The notes beneath the pieces were generated by a model. The model saw nothing but the letters and a program-made list of their open reading frames with translations. It was not told where the DNA came from and searched no databases. From NCBI GenBank assembly GCA_965235115.1, contig OZ249436.1:54066001-54130000 (forward strand): a stretch of DNA of 64,000 nucleotides, read 5' to 3'. Both the position numbers and the translations under genes were made by a program. This document shows positions 1-13,362 of this stretch, piece after piece. Positions within the stretch are counted from its first letter, which is position 1; the number at the start of each line of letters is the position of its first letter. This DNA is from Laetmonice hystrix (lineage: Eukaryota).

Positions 1-316
1 GTGATGTTGCTGGTGAGGATGAACGGATAGCATTGCTACCTGAAGCAACTGATTGCATCACAGATCAATCTGGTGTGCAGAGTGCACTATTGGAGGACCA
101 AGAAATAGTTATAGGCCGAACGTGCGCTGGGGAATAGTCAAAGTAGTCAAAATGCTTTTTCCGGTCCACACCAAGATTTACATTTCAGATAGGAAATTCC
201 ATGATTCCATGATCGCAGAAATTGACTGGCACCAATAATGTACATTAAAAAAAATATATATGGATTTCAAATTGAGCATTCATTATATAATATTTGTATT
301 ATTGGTATAATTTCAG

Positions 317-900
317 AAGGAAAGTGGCACTCTTCACTGTTTTATGTGAGCAATATCAACCAACTCTAAAGAGGGATCCTAGTTATAGCGAGGTGAGATG
401 ATAATTTCATATACATGTACCAGGGCAATAAAATCATATCAGCACCGTTAGACAGGTCACAGAATATTAATTCCTGGATATTATCCATACAATATTATAC
501 ATGCCTTTGCTTCTTACTTGCTTTTTTCCTCCAGTATCTGGATAGAATAGGACAAGTATTTTTCGATTTGCCACCGCCTAAACCAGCACAGCAAGGTCTC
601 TTTGGTAAGTTATATTTTAGACATAAGTAACCTACAGCTCCACACAACTAAATACTGTAATATACATTTAGTAGAAAATAATAATAATAATAAATATGGA
701 GAAACAGAAAGTAATCTCCTTGAAATTATATGTTTGTTGTAAATCAAAATTTTACAAGAAATAGGTTCATCATTATGTAACTTGTAGGTAACTTGCTGCA
801 AAGTCTGTTTGCCATGGACGAAGATTCTGATGATGAGGATGGTCCCAGGGACATGGGAAACAGTAGGCAAGCGACGATGTCGACAGTGGAACTAGACTGA
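317..900 (+). CDS. GET4: Golgi-to-ER traffic protein 4, last three coding exons (5' part outside window)
   Basis: Exons 317-392 ([25 protein letters not shown]), 535-604 ([23 protein letters not shown]), 788-900 ([18 protein letters not shown]...VELD*). GT-AG sites and phases are consistent. Matches the recalled GET4 C-terminus [25 protein letters not shown]...ELD. Confidence 0.93.
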
Positions 901-2111
901 CACAGACAAGTTTCTTATGGACTAGAGCTGGTTACCTCGACAGTTCCAGTCTACCGCCGACCCTGCACTCTTTAAGAGAGCACTAAAGGTGCAAGCCATG
1001 CCTCCCAAGTCAACGAGAATGTTGTCTTGCGAGGATCCATGGGACAAAAAATAGGTTGTCACATTCTTATCAATCCTGGGAGCATTGCATACAATAACGA
1101 ATATATATAACGAAGGCTTTTGATTTACGTGATTTCATGTTTGTTAATTTTGAAATACAGCTCTTGACTAGAAAATACAAATTTCAAGTGTAAAGTTTAT
1201 AATAAGGATGATTATAATACTTATCTACTGACAATGTTCATTGTCCATTTAGCCTTCCGAGACAATGGGTTGTCTGGAAACCTAGGCTTAATATCAGCGC
1301 AAACTTTGTCCTGTAATAAGCAGAAAGCAGTCTGGAATCATACACTTTCTTATACAATGTATGATTAAACGTTTTACTGCCGTCATCTCATTTTAAAGCC
1401 GGTTTTATAGCTGTGTCAGTAATACAGTTTCCGATGTACCGTACTTGATTCACTTTCATCACCGTTCATTAATATTTTCATGGATTGATATTGACATGAT
1501 TTGATTGCAGGGAATGCAGGATTTGTCCATTGTAAAATAATTGGGTATTTCATCTCTATTTATCTCTGAATTGTAGTAACTGAAATTGTAACTTATGCCA
1601 AGCCTCAGGCTGAGCGAAAATGTATCCAAAGACGCAGTCCAGAAGTCGGTAATTTTCATAAAGTTTATAATTTGTATTCTTGTTGTGGTTGTGGTAAACC
1701 ATTGTCCAATTAATCTATGCGGACCTTGGACCACATTTAACCAATATTGCAAGCCAGTGATTGTACTTATGAAAATATCTGATTTATTAAACGTTACTAC
1801 AAAAATATCACTTGGTGTGTGGTGTGCCCATGGTAGGAATGTTCCCCAAATCCATTTGAACTTCTTTGGCATCAAGGCAGCTGACGGTTGGATGTGACTG
1901 CCTTGAACGAACTTCTTCCCGTCATGTCTTGGTCTCAAGTGACTGAAGAATGGATTCCAACTGCGGTGAAGAGGATCAAAAGGACATTCTTGAGGCACAG
2001 AGGTGTTACTCGAAAAGGTGCTTACAACAGTGTATATACTTCTGGATTCTCGTCAACCATCCAGCCTTTTTGAAAAGTATATCATATTAGGCAAATAAAT
2101 TTATTCATCAA

Positions 2112-3027
2112 TCATTCAACACCCAAACATTTTCTTATCGCAGCCCCTAGTGTGGATGCGTCTTCCAATTCCTGTAAATTTGTACATGTATTTTAAGAAG
2201 ACAGAAGACATTCCAAAATTTAGAAACCCGTTTTCTCTTAACTGCTAGACCTAAGATATACGACAACCTATTCATAACCATTACGACTATGATTGAGACA
2301 CTGCTTGTTTTAGGGTGTCTTTGTGTATACACGTATGTCCCGTTACGCAAAAGATTCTAGACTTAATTTACATACTTATTGAGTGCCATGACAGATTTTT
2401 GTTAGTCTGTGATGGTAGACAGACCTGTCTGGTGTTGGCTATCTGGGCGGCTAGTTGTAATAGTTCGTTTTGGTGCTCCAGTGACTTGTTTCTCCAGTGG
2501 CATTTTTTAAAAGATTCCTCGCAGAACTTCAGCTGGTCGCGCAAATCTTCATTTTGAGAATTCGCGCGTGATAATTCTGCACGTAAGGTAGCCAGAAGCG
2601 ACATCGTTTCCTGCCAGCAAGATACATAATGTTTAGAATTTTTCACCCACATACTGTACATGATCAATTGTAGCTGCCTTTTTTTTGCAGTAGGGTTTTA
2701 TGCCGTTACAATTTTTAACGAAATGTTATGCCACATAAATGATTACCGCCGTTATTGCCGTATCAGACACTAATAATATTAAACTTTAGTCCCCTTTAAC
2801 CTTGATGTTTTGAAGCTGTGCTTATACTATTATAGACCTAAGTGAACGTAAAGGGGCAATAAATGGTTCGAAGGATTCTACCAGAGTATGTACCTGATAA
2901 TTCTGTTTGAGTTGTTTGCATACGTTCCGTAATTCGCCAACATTCTGGAGGGAGTGAAGAATGGTGAAGGAACATTATTCAGGACACCCACCGTGTTTAT
3001 GATGAATGATGCCGATTTCTTGTCCAA
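2112..3027 (-). CDS. Putative multi-exon coiled-coil protein, 3' exons only (unidentified)
   Basis: Four phase-0 GT-AG exons: 3027-2992, 2944-2894, 2610-2425, 2171-2112, giving LDKKSASFIINT-NVGELRNVCKQLKQNYQ-ETMSLLATLRAELSRANSQNEDLRDQLKF...ANTRQ-ELEDASTLGAAIRKCLGVE*. Heptad-like L/E/Q/K/R pattern and AATAAA just after the stop. Start exon not found. Confidence 0.42.
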
Positions 3028-3436
3028 CTGTAGGTCTACTCTACAAAGGCGCTGGAATCGGGGGTGGTATTGGGGTTGGGGGAGAATCTCACCATCTCTG
3101 CCCCCCCCCCCCCGCCAACCACCACCACCACCAACAACTTCCCCATGAATTTTTCGAGTACAGTTCCTCCCCCAGGATTTCAGGAAGGCAGGGCAATATC
3201 TTGAGCAAGGGGCATGTTTTGCCTAAGGCATAGGGGCAAGTGCCAGAGGAATGAAGTGTTAAATCGAGAGAGATCTGGGTTATACAGCCCCCCCCCTGAA
3301 ACATTTTTAGAAAAAGAAATTAACGTTTACTTTCTTTTTTTCCTGAAATTGATGCTATAGATTGATAAGTTATGAATGGTATTGTGTAATGTAGGTAGTA
3401 CTAGATATAAGTTTAGAATGACGGAACTTCTTAGTG

Positions 3437-3849
3437 CAGACCTGCCAAATCTTTTTGCCTACCAAGTGGGGGAATCTCCCACACGTGAGGTAATGCCAAG
3501 CGGGAGATAATTCGCGACGAAACGGTACCAGTGATCAAACGTCTTGTAAATTTATACAAGTAAAGTAGGCCTATTGATGTTCTACGCATGCAATTAAAAG
3601 ATAGGCCAAAGAACGGCAGAGAGGCCTCATGTGAGCACCATATCAACCAGATGGCGCTGCCGAGCCATGGCGTTGTGGCCCCCCCCCTCATCTGAAAAGG
3701 AAGCGCCCTATCTTAACCCGCATCTTTTTCTGCAAAGGAATGGTCAGGCGGGAGATTTCACAGGTCAGTCGGGAGTTCGGGAGAAAAGGGCAAAAAAAAC
3801 CCCCAAATTCGGGAGTTCTCCCGCCTAAGCGGGAGTTTTGGCAGGTCTG
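3437..3849. mobile_element. Non-autonomous TIR element (hAT-like termini)
   Basis: CAGACCTGCCAAA ... TTTGGCAGGTCTG inverted ends with CGGGAG subterminal repeats. Similar ends near 5246-5257 and 10778-10789. No clean TSD. Confidence 0.55.
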
Positions 3850-5855
3850 CAGTCCCGCCTTTAGAAGCGGGAGTTTTGGCAGGTTTGCATGTAAGTTTGT
3901 AACGACAGCTGGATCATTTCCTGGAGAATTTTGGGCAATAGCAGGGGTGACAGGGTGCTGCTATAACACTACAGAGGCTAGCAGGGGTGTAGGCAGAACT
4001 GATATAAGGGGGGGGGGGGGGGTTCCGACTGAGATGGCCGGGGGGGGGGGGTCGCAACCGTAATATTAGGCCTATAGACATGTAATTCATTGATCTATTT
4101 AGTTATTTAACCAGTTATCAATTATCTTCTTTTTTTTGGGGGGGGGGGGGGGTGGGGGGCAACCCGGAAACCCCCCTGGCTATACACCCTTGGCCAGGGC
4201 GCTGTCTGACAGAGGCAGGGAGTTCTTCAAAACGGCAGGGCGCTCTTTAAAAGAGCAGGGCGGATGGTTGTAAAGGCAGGGCGCCGCGCCCTGTTATTTT
4301 TCACTAGGGGAGACACTTTAGGGATATGTTTTTGGGAGGTCTAGGGACCGGGGTTAGGGATTAGTGATCGATCAGTTTAGTTCCGACCAAATTTCGTGAG
4401 TTTTAAGTTACCGGTACTACGCAGAAATTTACCGTTCGCATTTTCTCGAGTTCCTCCGTGACAACATTACTGTCCCACTCAGTGTCGGGGACGTATCTTT
4501 GTGGGGTTGATCCCGACGTATGATTACACGGGCCTACATGGTTGATCCCTCTCACTTGGGAAGCCCCAGATGCTCTACTCGCTCCCATAAATCTGTCTGT
4601 AAACGACATTTCACGAAGTACCCAATATCTCGGGCTGGAACTGGTCAGTGATAGTGGTCACCAATGGATACCTGAGATCTATGTATGCATAAAAAAAACC
4701 GGATTGTGACGCAAAGAATCGATATTATGACGTCACTTCTTTGAAGGTAGTGACGTATAATAAGTTCAATCTTGTGTTACGTCACAATAGATCGTCTCGC
4801 TAAGACTGCTATATAGGTCAGCGTAGTTCTATGGTATACTCACAAGGTGGCGCCAGTTATTAATCCGAGTGTGGTTCTATGCATCCTCCCACGCTCGGTT
4901 TGAACTCTGATACTGATACTCTGACAACTCGAGATGGGTTCTATATAATTGGTACCACCTACAGACCTAGCAACCTACAGAGAGAAGAAACCTGAAGATT
5001 TTTAAAAGTTGATGTCCAAAAACCTGGAAATTGGGGGGAAACCTGGAGATTTTTTTTGGGAAAACCTGGAGGTTTTTGGGGAAAACCTGAAGATTACATT
5101 ATGAAGCTGATATAGACCTATGAGTGGGGGAGAAACGTTTGTATGGAGCCACTACATTCTACACATGAATTTAAATACACAACTTAGATACCGGGGGGCA
5201 GGGGACCAGGTTAAAAACCGGGAGTCCCCCGGTGAAACCGGGGACTTGGCAGGTCTGATGGTCACCTACTATTTTATAGTCTGTTTCCCGAACAGTTTAA
5301 CTATAATCGACGCTGAAACATTTTGTCAGCTCAGGCAAGTTTCCGCAGTGCTATTCTTAGGGTGTTTAGTCCAGTTAAAAAAATTCTTGGTACGACTGAT
5401 AGATCTAGTCTATTGTGTTGAGTGTAGGCCTAGACAAAGACAACCAAACTACGGGCGACAACCTATCCACAGTCCCTGCTGAAAGATCGCTTGTATCTTG
5501 ACGTTTATCCACATACCACTTGCTGAGAACCGGCGTAGATCTAATCTTTTAGACAACCATAATATTAGATACGTCCGCAGTCTGCTATTTGCGGTGGGGG
5601 CGGAAAATTTGGATGCAAATTAAAGTCAGACTTGGGGGAAAGACGCCCCGAACACGGGACATTAAATGTATACACGAGTATGCTGAAAATCGCACAAGTA
5701 GGTTTTTAATGATGCATTTCAAAGCCGAAGTCTATAATCGTGCTTCCGTGAAAAGTTACCTGCACGGTTCTATAGGCTACGCCTTTACTGGTCTTGGAGA
5801 CCAAACAGGGCGTTGCTGTCTTCTACAAAAATGAGCTGTGATGTCATTTGCACGT

Positions 5856-8800
5856 TTATTTCGGTTTGCCATATTTCTGAGCATGGAGACTGAGGACATC
5901 CATCAGGCTGGTTCTCTGCGCCTTCAGATGGGCCGGCATATCGTGGTAGACGTCGGTGAACATCAATCCTGGCTCCGGCTTCGGCTTCATCTGGCTCCGA
6001 TCGAAAGCGGCTTCGATCTGCAAACACAACTTAAAAATGTTCGGTCGAACTCAATTGACGTATCCACTTCTTGAAGCTTGGCGGGGCGATGTACGGATGT
6101 TTTGCCCTCTGTACTAGAATCTACCACATATATGCATATGATATGTTACTTTCGATTAAAAATAGAGCCCTTCAAACTGGTTTAACATAGCCATAGGTCC
6201 AGTGCTGTAGTGCTGTAATCTGATTGGTCTACGGGGTACCGTAGCGGTGCATAGCAGGTGGAAAACAGATGGCGCTGCGAGCTATGGGTTTCTGAGAATG
6301 GGCGGGCAGGCGGGAGGGGGTGAATCATGGAAGCGGTTCAACCCCGAGCGGGGGAGAATCTGCTCAGAACATGCTCTCGCTCGATTGCAGTCACAAAGAA
6401 CGGCTGAGAAATTGCTTTCTTGTTTCTTTGTTCATTCTTGGATTTGCATAGACCTAGGCTACAATGATACAATAACACATTATGACAAATGTAAATTATC
6501 TATAGTTAATATTTCCCTTTTTAAAGCCCCCTCAGTCTCCCGCCTCTATATTTTATCCGGTGAATATCTAAGACGAGTGACAGGCCCCTGGTCAGTTCAA
6601 AGGCGATCAGCGTCCATGACAGACTCACCTGATCGTTTACGTCACGCTCACACTCACACTCAGACTCAAGATCAGCGTCCATGACAGACTCACCTGGTCG
6701 TTTACGTCACGCTCACACTCAGACTCAAGATCAGCGTCCATGACAGACCCACCTGATTGTTTACGTCACGCTCACACTCACACTCAGACTCAAGATCAGC
6801 GTCCACGACAGACTCACCTGATCGTTTACGTCACACTCACACTCAGACTCAAGATCAGCGTCCACGACAGGCTCACCTGATCGTTTACGTCACGCTCACA
6901 CTGAGACTCAAGATCAGCGTCCATGACAGACTCACCTGATCGTTTACTCACACTCAGACTCAAGATCAGCGTCCATGACAGACTCACCTGATCGTTTACG
7001 TCACGTTCACACTGAGACTCAAGATCAGCGTCCATGACAGACTCACCTGATCGTTTACGTCACGCTCACACTGAGACTCAAGATCAGCGTCCATGACAGA
7101 CTCACCTGATCGTTTACGTCACGCTCACACTGAGACTCAAGATCAGCGTCCACGACAGACTCACCTGATCGTTTACGTCACGCTCACACTGAGACTCAAG
7201 ATCAGCGTCCATGACAGACTCACCTGATCGTTTACGTCACGCTCACACTCAGACTCAAGATCAGCGTCCACGACAGACTCACCTGGTCGGTTACGTCACG
7301 CTCACACTCAGACTCAAGATCAGCGTCCATGACAGACTCACCTGGTCGTTTACGTCACGCTCACACTCACACTCAGACTCAAGATCAGCGTCCACGACAG
7401 ACTCACCTGATCGTTTACGTCACGCTCACACTCAGACTCAAGATCAGCGTCCACGACAGACTCACCTGATCGTTTACGTCACGCTCACACTGAGACTCAA
7501 GACGGGCGTTCCACAGGCCTTCACCGGAGAGGTAGTTTTTCAAACGGACGAACGGGTTATTTTTATGGCGCCATAGTGCTGGCACAGCTTTGTCCCGGTA
7601 CTCACAGCTGTCCACGTTCGAGCTGTGATTTCCGACCCTATAAAAGACCATTGGCGTATATGAGATGAATCATGGTAAAATTTCAAAAGGATTTATGAAC
7701 GTGTTAACGTGCAAAACGTGTCAAGATTATTCTCTTTTAATTTTAAATTGTAGGCCTATGCGCATTTTATAACCCCTAGGTCCTTTGGACCTAAATATAA
7801 AATTCTATATTCCGTTGTGGTTTGTTGTGACTTTTTCTGAACTGGAAATTTTCTCAACCTCTCAGACCTTTCGAACGACCGCGTACCTCCACTACGCGGC
7901 CGTGAGGGGAGGGGATTCCCGATTACGTCATCAGTTCCTGCTCTCTCACCAAGGCGCTCCGCCTAAAGGATCAGTCCATACGGACGTAAACTACGGCAAG
8001 GTTTCATGCATGCTAAATACGTAAGATTAGTGTGCCTTTTCTGCTTCTCATTTTACGTCCATTTCACATCTGGCATGAAGAATAGGCCCTATAGATACCT
8101 GGCAGTGGCCTACCCAGAAACTGGACCCAGGAGGGTGCTGGAAATAACCAACGTCGTAGGCGCTGCAAATTGGGAGGGGGCTGTGAGCAACAAGCGCAAA
8201 AAAAAATTGGGCAAATTGAGGGGGGGTGCTCAAGCAACCCCCCCCCCCCCGGTACGCCACTGCCTGGGCGTTTTGATTGTTTCGAATCGGACATAATATT
8301 ATATATCGAATTATAATTAGGAATTGAGAAATTCATGCATGATCTGATATATTTTTAATTGAATAAGCTATCAGTTTTTTTCCTTCCCACATAACCTGTT
8401 TGGTTTGAAGAAAGAAAGAAAAATACTTTGTAAGGGGGAGGGAAGTTGCAACCCCGTACCCCCCCCCCCCCCCGATCCGCCATTGTCGCGTGTACTGACA
8501 GCGTGCCATGGTCACACTCGGCTCACCCACGATTGACTCTATCGCGTCATATCTCGGCTGTACGACGAAGGTCGCCATGCTGGGGTTGGGGTGGGTGGGT
8601 GGCTACACTCTTAGAAATAAGGGTTCTTAGAGGTTCTTTGTAGAACTTCGAAGTTCCACATGGAACCAAAGGGTTCTATACGAGGTAAAGGGTTCTTTGT
8701 AGGAAAGTTGGGTTCCATGTGGAACCAAAAGGTTCTATACGCGGGAGAAGGGTTCCTTGTAGGAAAGTTAGGTTCCACGTGGAACCAAAAGGTTCTATAC

Positions 8801-11800
8801 AGAGTAAAAGGGTTCCTGTTATGAATGTAAAGTTCCACAATGAACCTTTCTTTAGTTCTTTAGGCTCCTAAACTTTATTGACTCAGACGAAGGTTGTTCA
8901 ATCAACATTATTTAATAGCCCCTAAGGATCTCGACACCTTTGACGACTGCAGAGAAACTACATTGTTGTATTTATTATAGTCTGATAAGCATTATTTAAA
9001 ATAACTCTGACTACGTATAGGGATAGGTTGTTTGAGGTTCCCAGTAGAACTTCTGAGTTACTTGTGGCACCTGTTTTTTTTTAAGTTCTAAAAAAATTTA
9101 GAGTTCCTTGTGGAACCCGGAGGAAAGGTTTTAAGGGTTCTTTGAAATGTTGAGGGTTCTATGTAGAACTCTTCTAGAAAAAAGGGTTCCATACAAGTAA
9201 CCAAGCACGATGTAAAGTGTATAATGTTTGAGGTGCCGGCCAGCTAAGCCAAGACTGCCATATTCCTAGCTCAGCGGCCGGCCTCCCAGTCGTTGGGGAT
9301 GGAACAACGCAAACTCACAGTTGACAGTAGTCGCCAATCTCTCCACTCTACTCTCTCTCTTTTATTATCAATCCAATACATATATTTATATCCCAATTCT
9401 TCTCATGTCCCCGCCTCCTATTTTAATTGCGCATGCGTCCTAAATCATGCTCTATCGTGAGGGAAGCGTGTACACTTTTAACTGGATAAAAGCATGACGT
9501 GATCTACGTGACTAGACAAAATATAATCACTTTATTATACAGGCCCCCTTCCCGCTTGTACTCATTCCCCTATCCTATGCATTCATAATATTTCCATCCG
9601 TCTATAACCATAATATTAGTTTATCCCTTACAACGAGTTGACCCTCAACCCCGACGTGTCATAAAAGGGGCCTACATATGAACGCCGGCTAATGCGAGCA
9701 TGGCATAGATTGATAATAATATTAATACAGTCTTTGTCATATGGTGATGAGTGGAAGGTGAAATAGTTGCCTAATTAGGCCCCCATGAAGTGTGGTTCGT
9801 TAATATTTGTCTAGGAAACACCATCTTTGCAGGCCAGAAGACGTTATGTTAACTCCTTGGTTGAGACAGTCGATATTTTCAGACGGAGTAGCTTAGGCTG
9901 CAGACGTTTGAACTATTATACAAATGAACCTGTGAATTCACCAGGCCATAAGGTTCGCACCAACTGGTTCCAAACTAGTTTAGATCCAGTATTGGCTAAT
10001 TTTATGTCTATTGTGGACAAAAAGGTTCTTTATAGAACTCCTGGGGATTCGTTCTTTGAAGAACCTTTTGTTTGAAGTTCCCGGAAGAACGTTAAATAAA
10101 GGTTCCCTGTCGGAGAGAACCTTTGACCATTCCACTCTGAACCTTTCTCAGGGTTCCATATTGAACCTTTAATATTGAACCCAAAAGGGTTCTGAGTGTG
10201 GAACCTTAAAAATGGTGTCATTTAGAACTTTTAAAGGTTCCTTATCTATAGTAAGGCTTAGAACCTTCAAAGGTTCCGCTACAGAACCATTTGTTCTAAG
10301 AGTGTAGGCTAAGGGGGTCTTCCATCTTGGTGGAGATTTGTGAAGATTTTGCTGGAGTTTGGACCATATTGGGATTTCAATACTGGAGGTATCTCAGATT
10401 TAACAAACGCCTCGATTATCACAGCATACATGCTATATAAGGCCTAGGGCCTATTGCCTATAGCCTACCTGCTTGCGGGAAGTTTAGTAAAATTTTGTGG
10501 GAGATTGGCTCATTTGGGGCAAATAATGTGGCAGGTTCTGATTACCTGTATTTTCGAATCACCATAGTAAAGGAAGGGTCCTCTGATTGTGGCTATTTAT
10601 CCCATGTTTGAGTCAATTTGAGTCCCTATGAACGTGGATTTATAAGAGGTAGCCTATATATAGCGTATAGGCCGCTAAGAGCTATGGTTTTGCGTGAGAA
10701 AGCACTGAATGCATGGGCTCGCGGGAGTGCGGGAGAAGGGGCCCAAATGCGTGAGACTCCCGCGAAATGCGTGAGACTTGGCAGGTCTGTATAAGGCCCC
10801 TGGGTCTATACCCATCATGATAGGCCTGGATCTGGAAAGTATAGGCCTATAATTGAAGATACGGTGGCTTATGTCATGATTTAAAGTCGTCAAAGACATA
10901 GGCCTAATACAGGGCGGAGCCAATCACATTGGCGTTTTACGTTAATTTTAATACACGTTAATACTTTTTTTCTCATATTTTCCAGGGGGTGCCCCCCCCC
11001 CCTCGCGACACCCATGCGGTAGAGTAAGTCGATGTAGCTCCCCAGACAGATGGTTCGCAAGTGCACGGTGCCATCTGATCCTACATTTTTATGTGGGCGT
11101 GGCCACCTTGTTTACACCGAGCCTGTCAAGTGATACTACAAGCTTTTTATCAACCAGCGCAGGCTGTTTTTTTTTAGTCATACAGGAGTTAACTACAAAA
11201 ACTATAGAAAAAAAGAGCGAAAGAGAGGCATATGCGTAGAAGTCCAAAGGCCATAGGCCTAGAGTGCTCAGTGTATTGTATCTTTTGCTGGCCTTGCAGT
11301 TCGTAGTGATGTTGAAGCATGTGAAAGAGGCCGAGTGTGTGTGCAAATATACAAATCTTCCAGTGTGTCTAACGAGAGGAATCCTGTGCAGGCTTATGGA
11401 GTACTATAGCAGTGTCGGCGCACGTCATACATCTATATATATCAAATCTGTACGCCTAGCCTACAAAGCTGTCCTATTTATTATTACTTTCTTTTCTTTT
11501 TTTTAAAGATCATGCATTATTATGGTCACAAAAGCACCGCTTGGCGCTGAAATTAAGGTGCACATGGGAGGAGGGCATACTGTGCATATAGGCCTATGCA
11601 CAGTTTTGAAAGTGTTCATGGAGAGGTAGGCCATACCCGTCTCCCGGGCCCTTCCGGCATCCTTGACGGCATGTAATTAGGCCTATTGTATAGGCCTATA
11701 GACGACATCTGGGACCCATTTACTGTCTACATTCCAATGTGAAGGTTACGTATACGAACACACCTACCCGGGCCAGCACTAGAGCCATAGTTTACCTCCA

Positions 11801-13302
11801 AGTAACGTATGAAAACACAGGTGGAACCCATAGTAAATGGATGACTCCGGCCTTTGCCTGAGGAGAATAGAATTGGAGCTTTGACAGCAATTTGGCAGCA
11901 AGGCCACACTATATAAACTAACCTAAAATCTCCTATGACCTCCTTCATAAGTAACTGACAAGCCATGAAAATGTTTGATAAGATATTTTATTTCCACAAC
12001 AGATTAGGTCTATATAGTTGTGAAAAGATAGCCCTGAAGCAATCGACTCTCCAGTCTTGTATAACGTATTATGCCTGCTCTTATCTGCAGACGTTCCCTT
12101 ATTTGGATTCTACTCATTCTTGATCAAATGATATTTGATACGACCTGAACTCCCAAACTCTGATCCCATCTCTCTCTGGAGACGCCGCCAACTGAGAAGG
12201 GGGTGAAAAGGACACCCCCTTACCATGCGCCACCCCCTGCTGCCTCTGTGACCCGCAATGTTTGCCAACATTGACATCCAATAATAACAAACAGAAAGAA
12301 GTTATGAAGCGTCCAGTTTTATTCACAGGCGGGTAGTCGCCTGTGTATAGGCCAGTGACAGCGGGACTATGCGGGTCAATGTATTCGGGTGCAGTCGGCT
12401 GACTGCTGGTCCACGCCTGTGATTGATGACCGAACTTCGAGTCCTGTCCTCGACGTCATATCATGACGGATTCCTACGCGCTCTCTGCACCATGCCGGAG
12501 TCGCTACCGTATACAGGCTTGACAACTGTTCAAAGAATAAAGTCTCAGGGAAGTACCAGCTTGATGATGTTGAACGTCTTTATTATATTCCGTTGGAGGT
12601 TATAGACTATAGTTTTGATCGGTTAATTAAATAGGACGATACGTCAACCGTCGGGTATTCTTTTAAATGAATCGACGGCATATTTCGTTTCCCCTCTTAC
12701 AACAAGGCAAGAAGAGGAAGGTTTTATATAGCCTAGACTCTATACATTACCTTTTTTTAGTAGAAGCAATTCTGTGGTACAGATGTGGACAAGTATTGCC
12801 GTTGGATTGCTGCTCAGTCAGGGTGGATTCGTTATGGCATAGAGGCCCTTCTGCTATATGTTTATTGTTGATGTGGACGTCTCATTTGGACATCAATCAT
12901 AAGCAGTGGTGGATGCCAATCGGGCATCACTAATGCATTGTGTTTAGGCTTAGATCTATCTATACCCATAACTGGCAGGCCGTAGAATCTGTTGACCATG
13001 CGCATTCCCGTTACACGTGGGCCAGCTGGATGGTTGACCTGGGTCATGACGCCCTACGACTGCCAGACGCCAAACACAAATATATGGGGATATAGTGTCA
13101 TCAGTGTGTACATAACACACAAGCAGAAAGTACGCCATCTCTCTCTCCCTCTCTCTCTCTCTTCTCTTCTCTCTCTCTATCCCCTATCTTTATCATACAT
13201 TGGTCGTCGCTGTGTATTCATTCTGTCTCTCTCTCTCTCCCTCTCTCTCTCTCTCGCTCTCTCTCTCTCGCTCTCTCTCTCCCTCTCTCTCTCCCTCTCT
13301 CT

Positions 13303-13362
<60 letters not shown>

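Noticed and set aside
1840..2073. PNPFELLW...SQVTEEW resembling an IS630/Tc1 transposase tail
   Set aside because: Too short and interrupted by a stop to support a call.
6605..7501. CRISPR-like array
   Set aside because: Head-to-tail units without unique spacers, in a eukaryotic intron.
12461..13047. Small two-exon minus-strand ORF inside BCKDHA-like intron 7
   Set aside because: Only 48 aa with no recognisable homology. Splice sites alone are insufficient.
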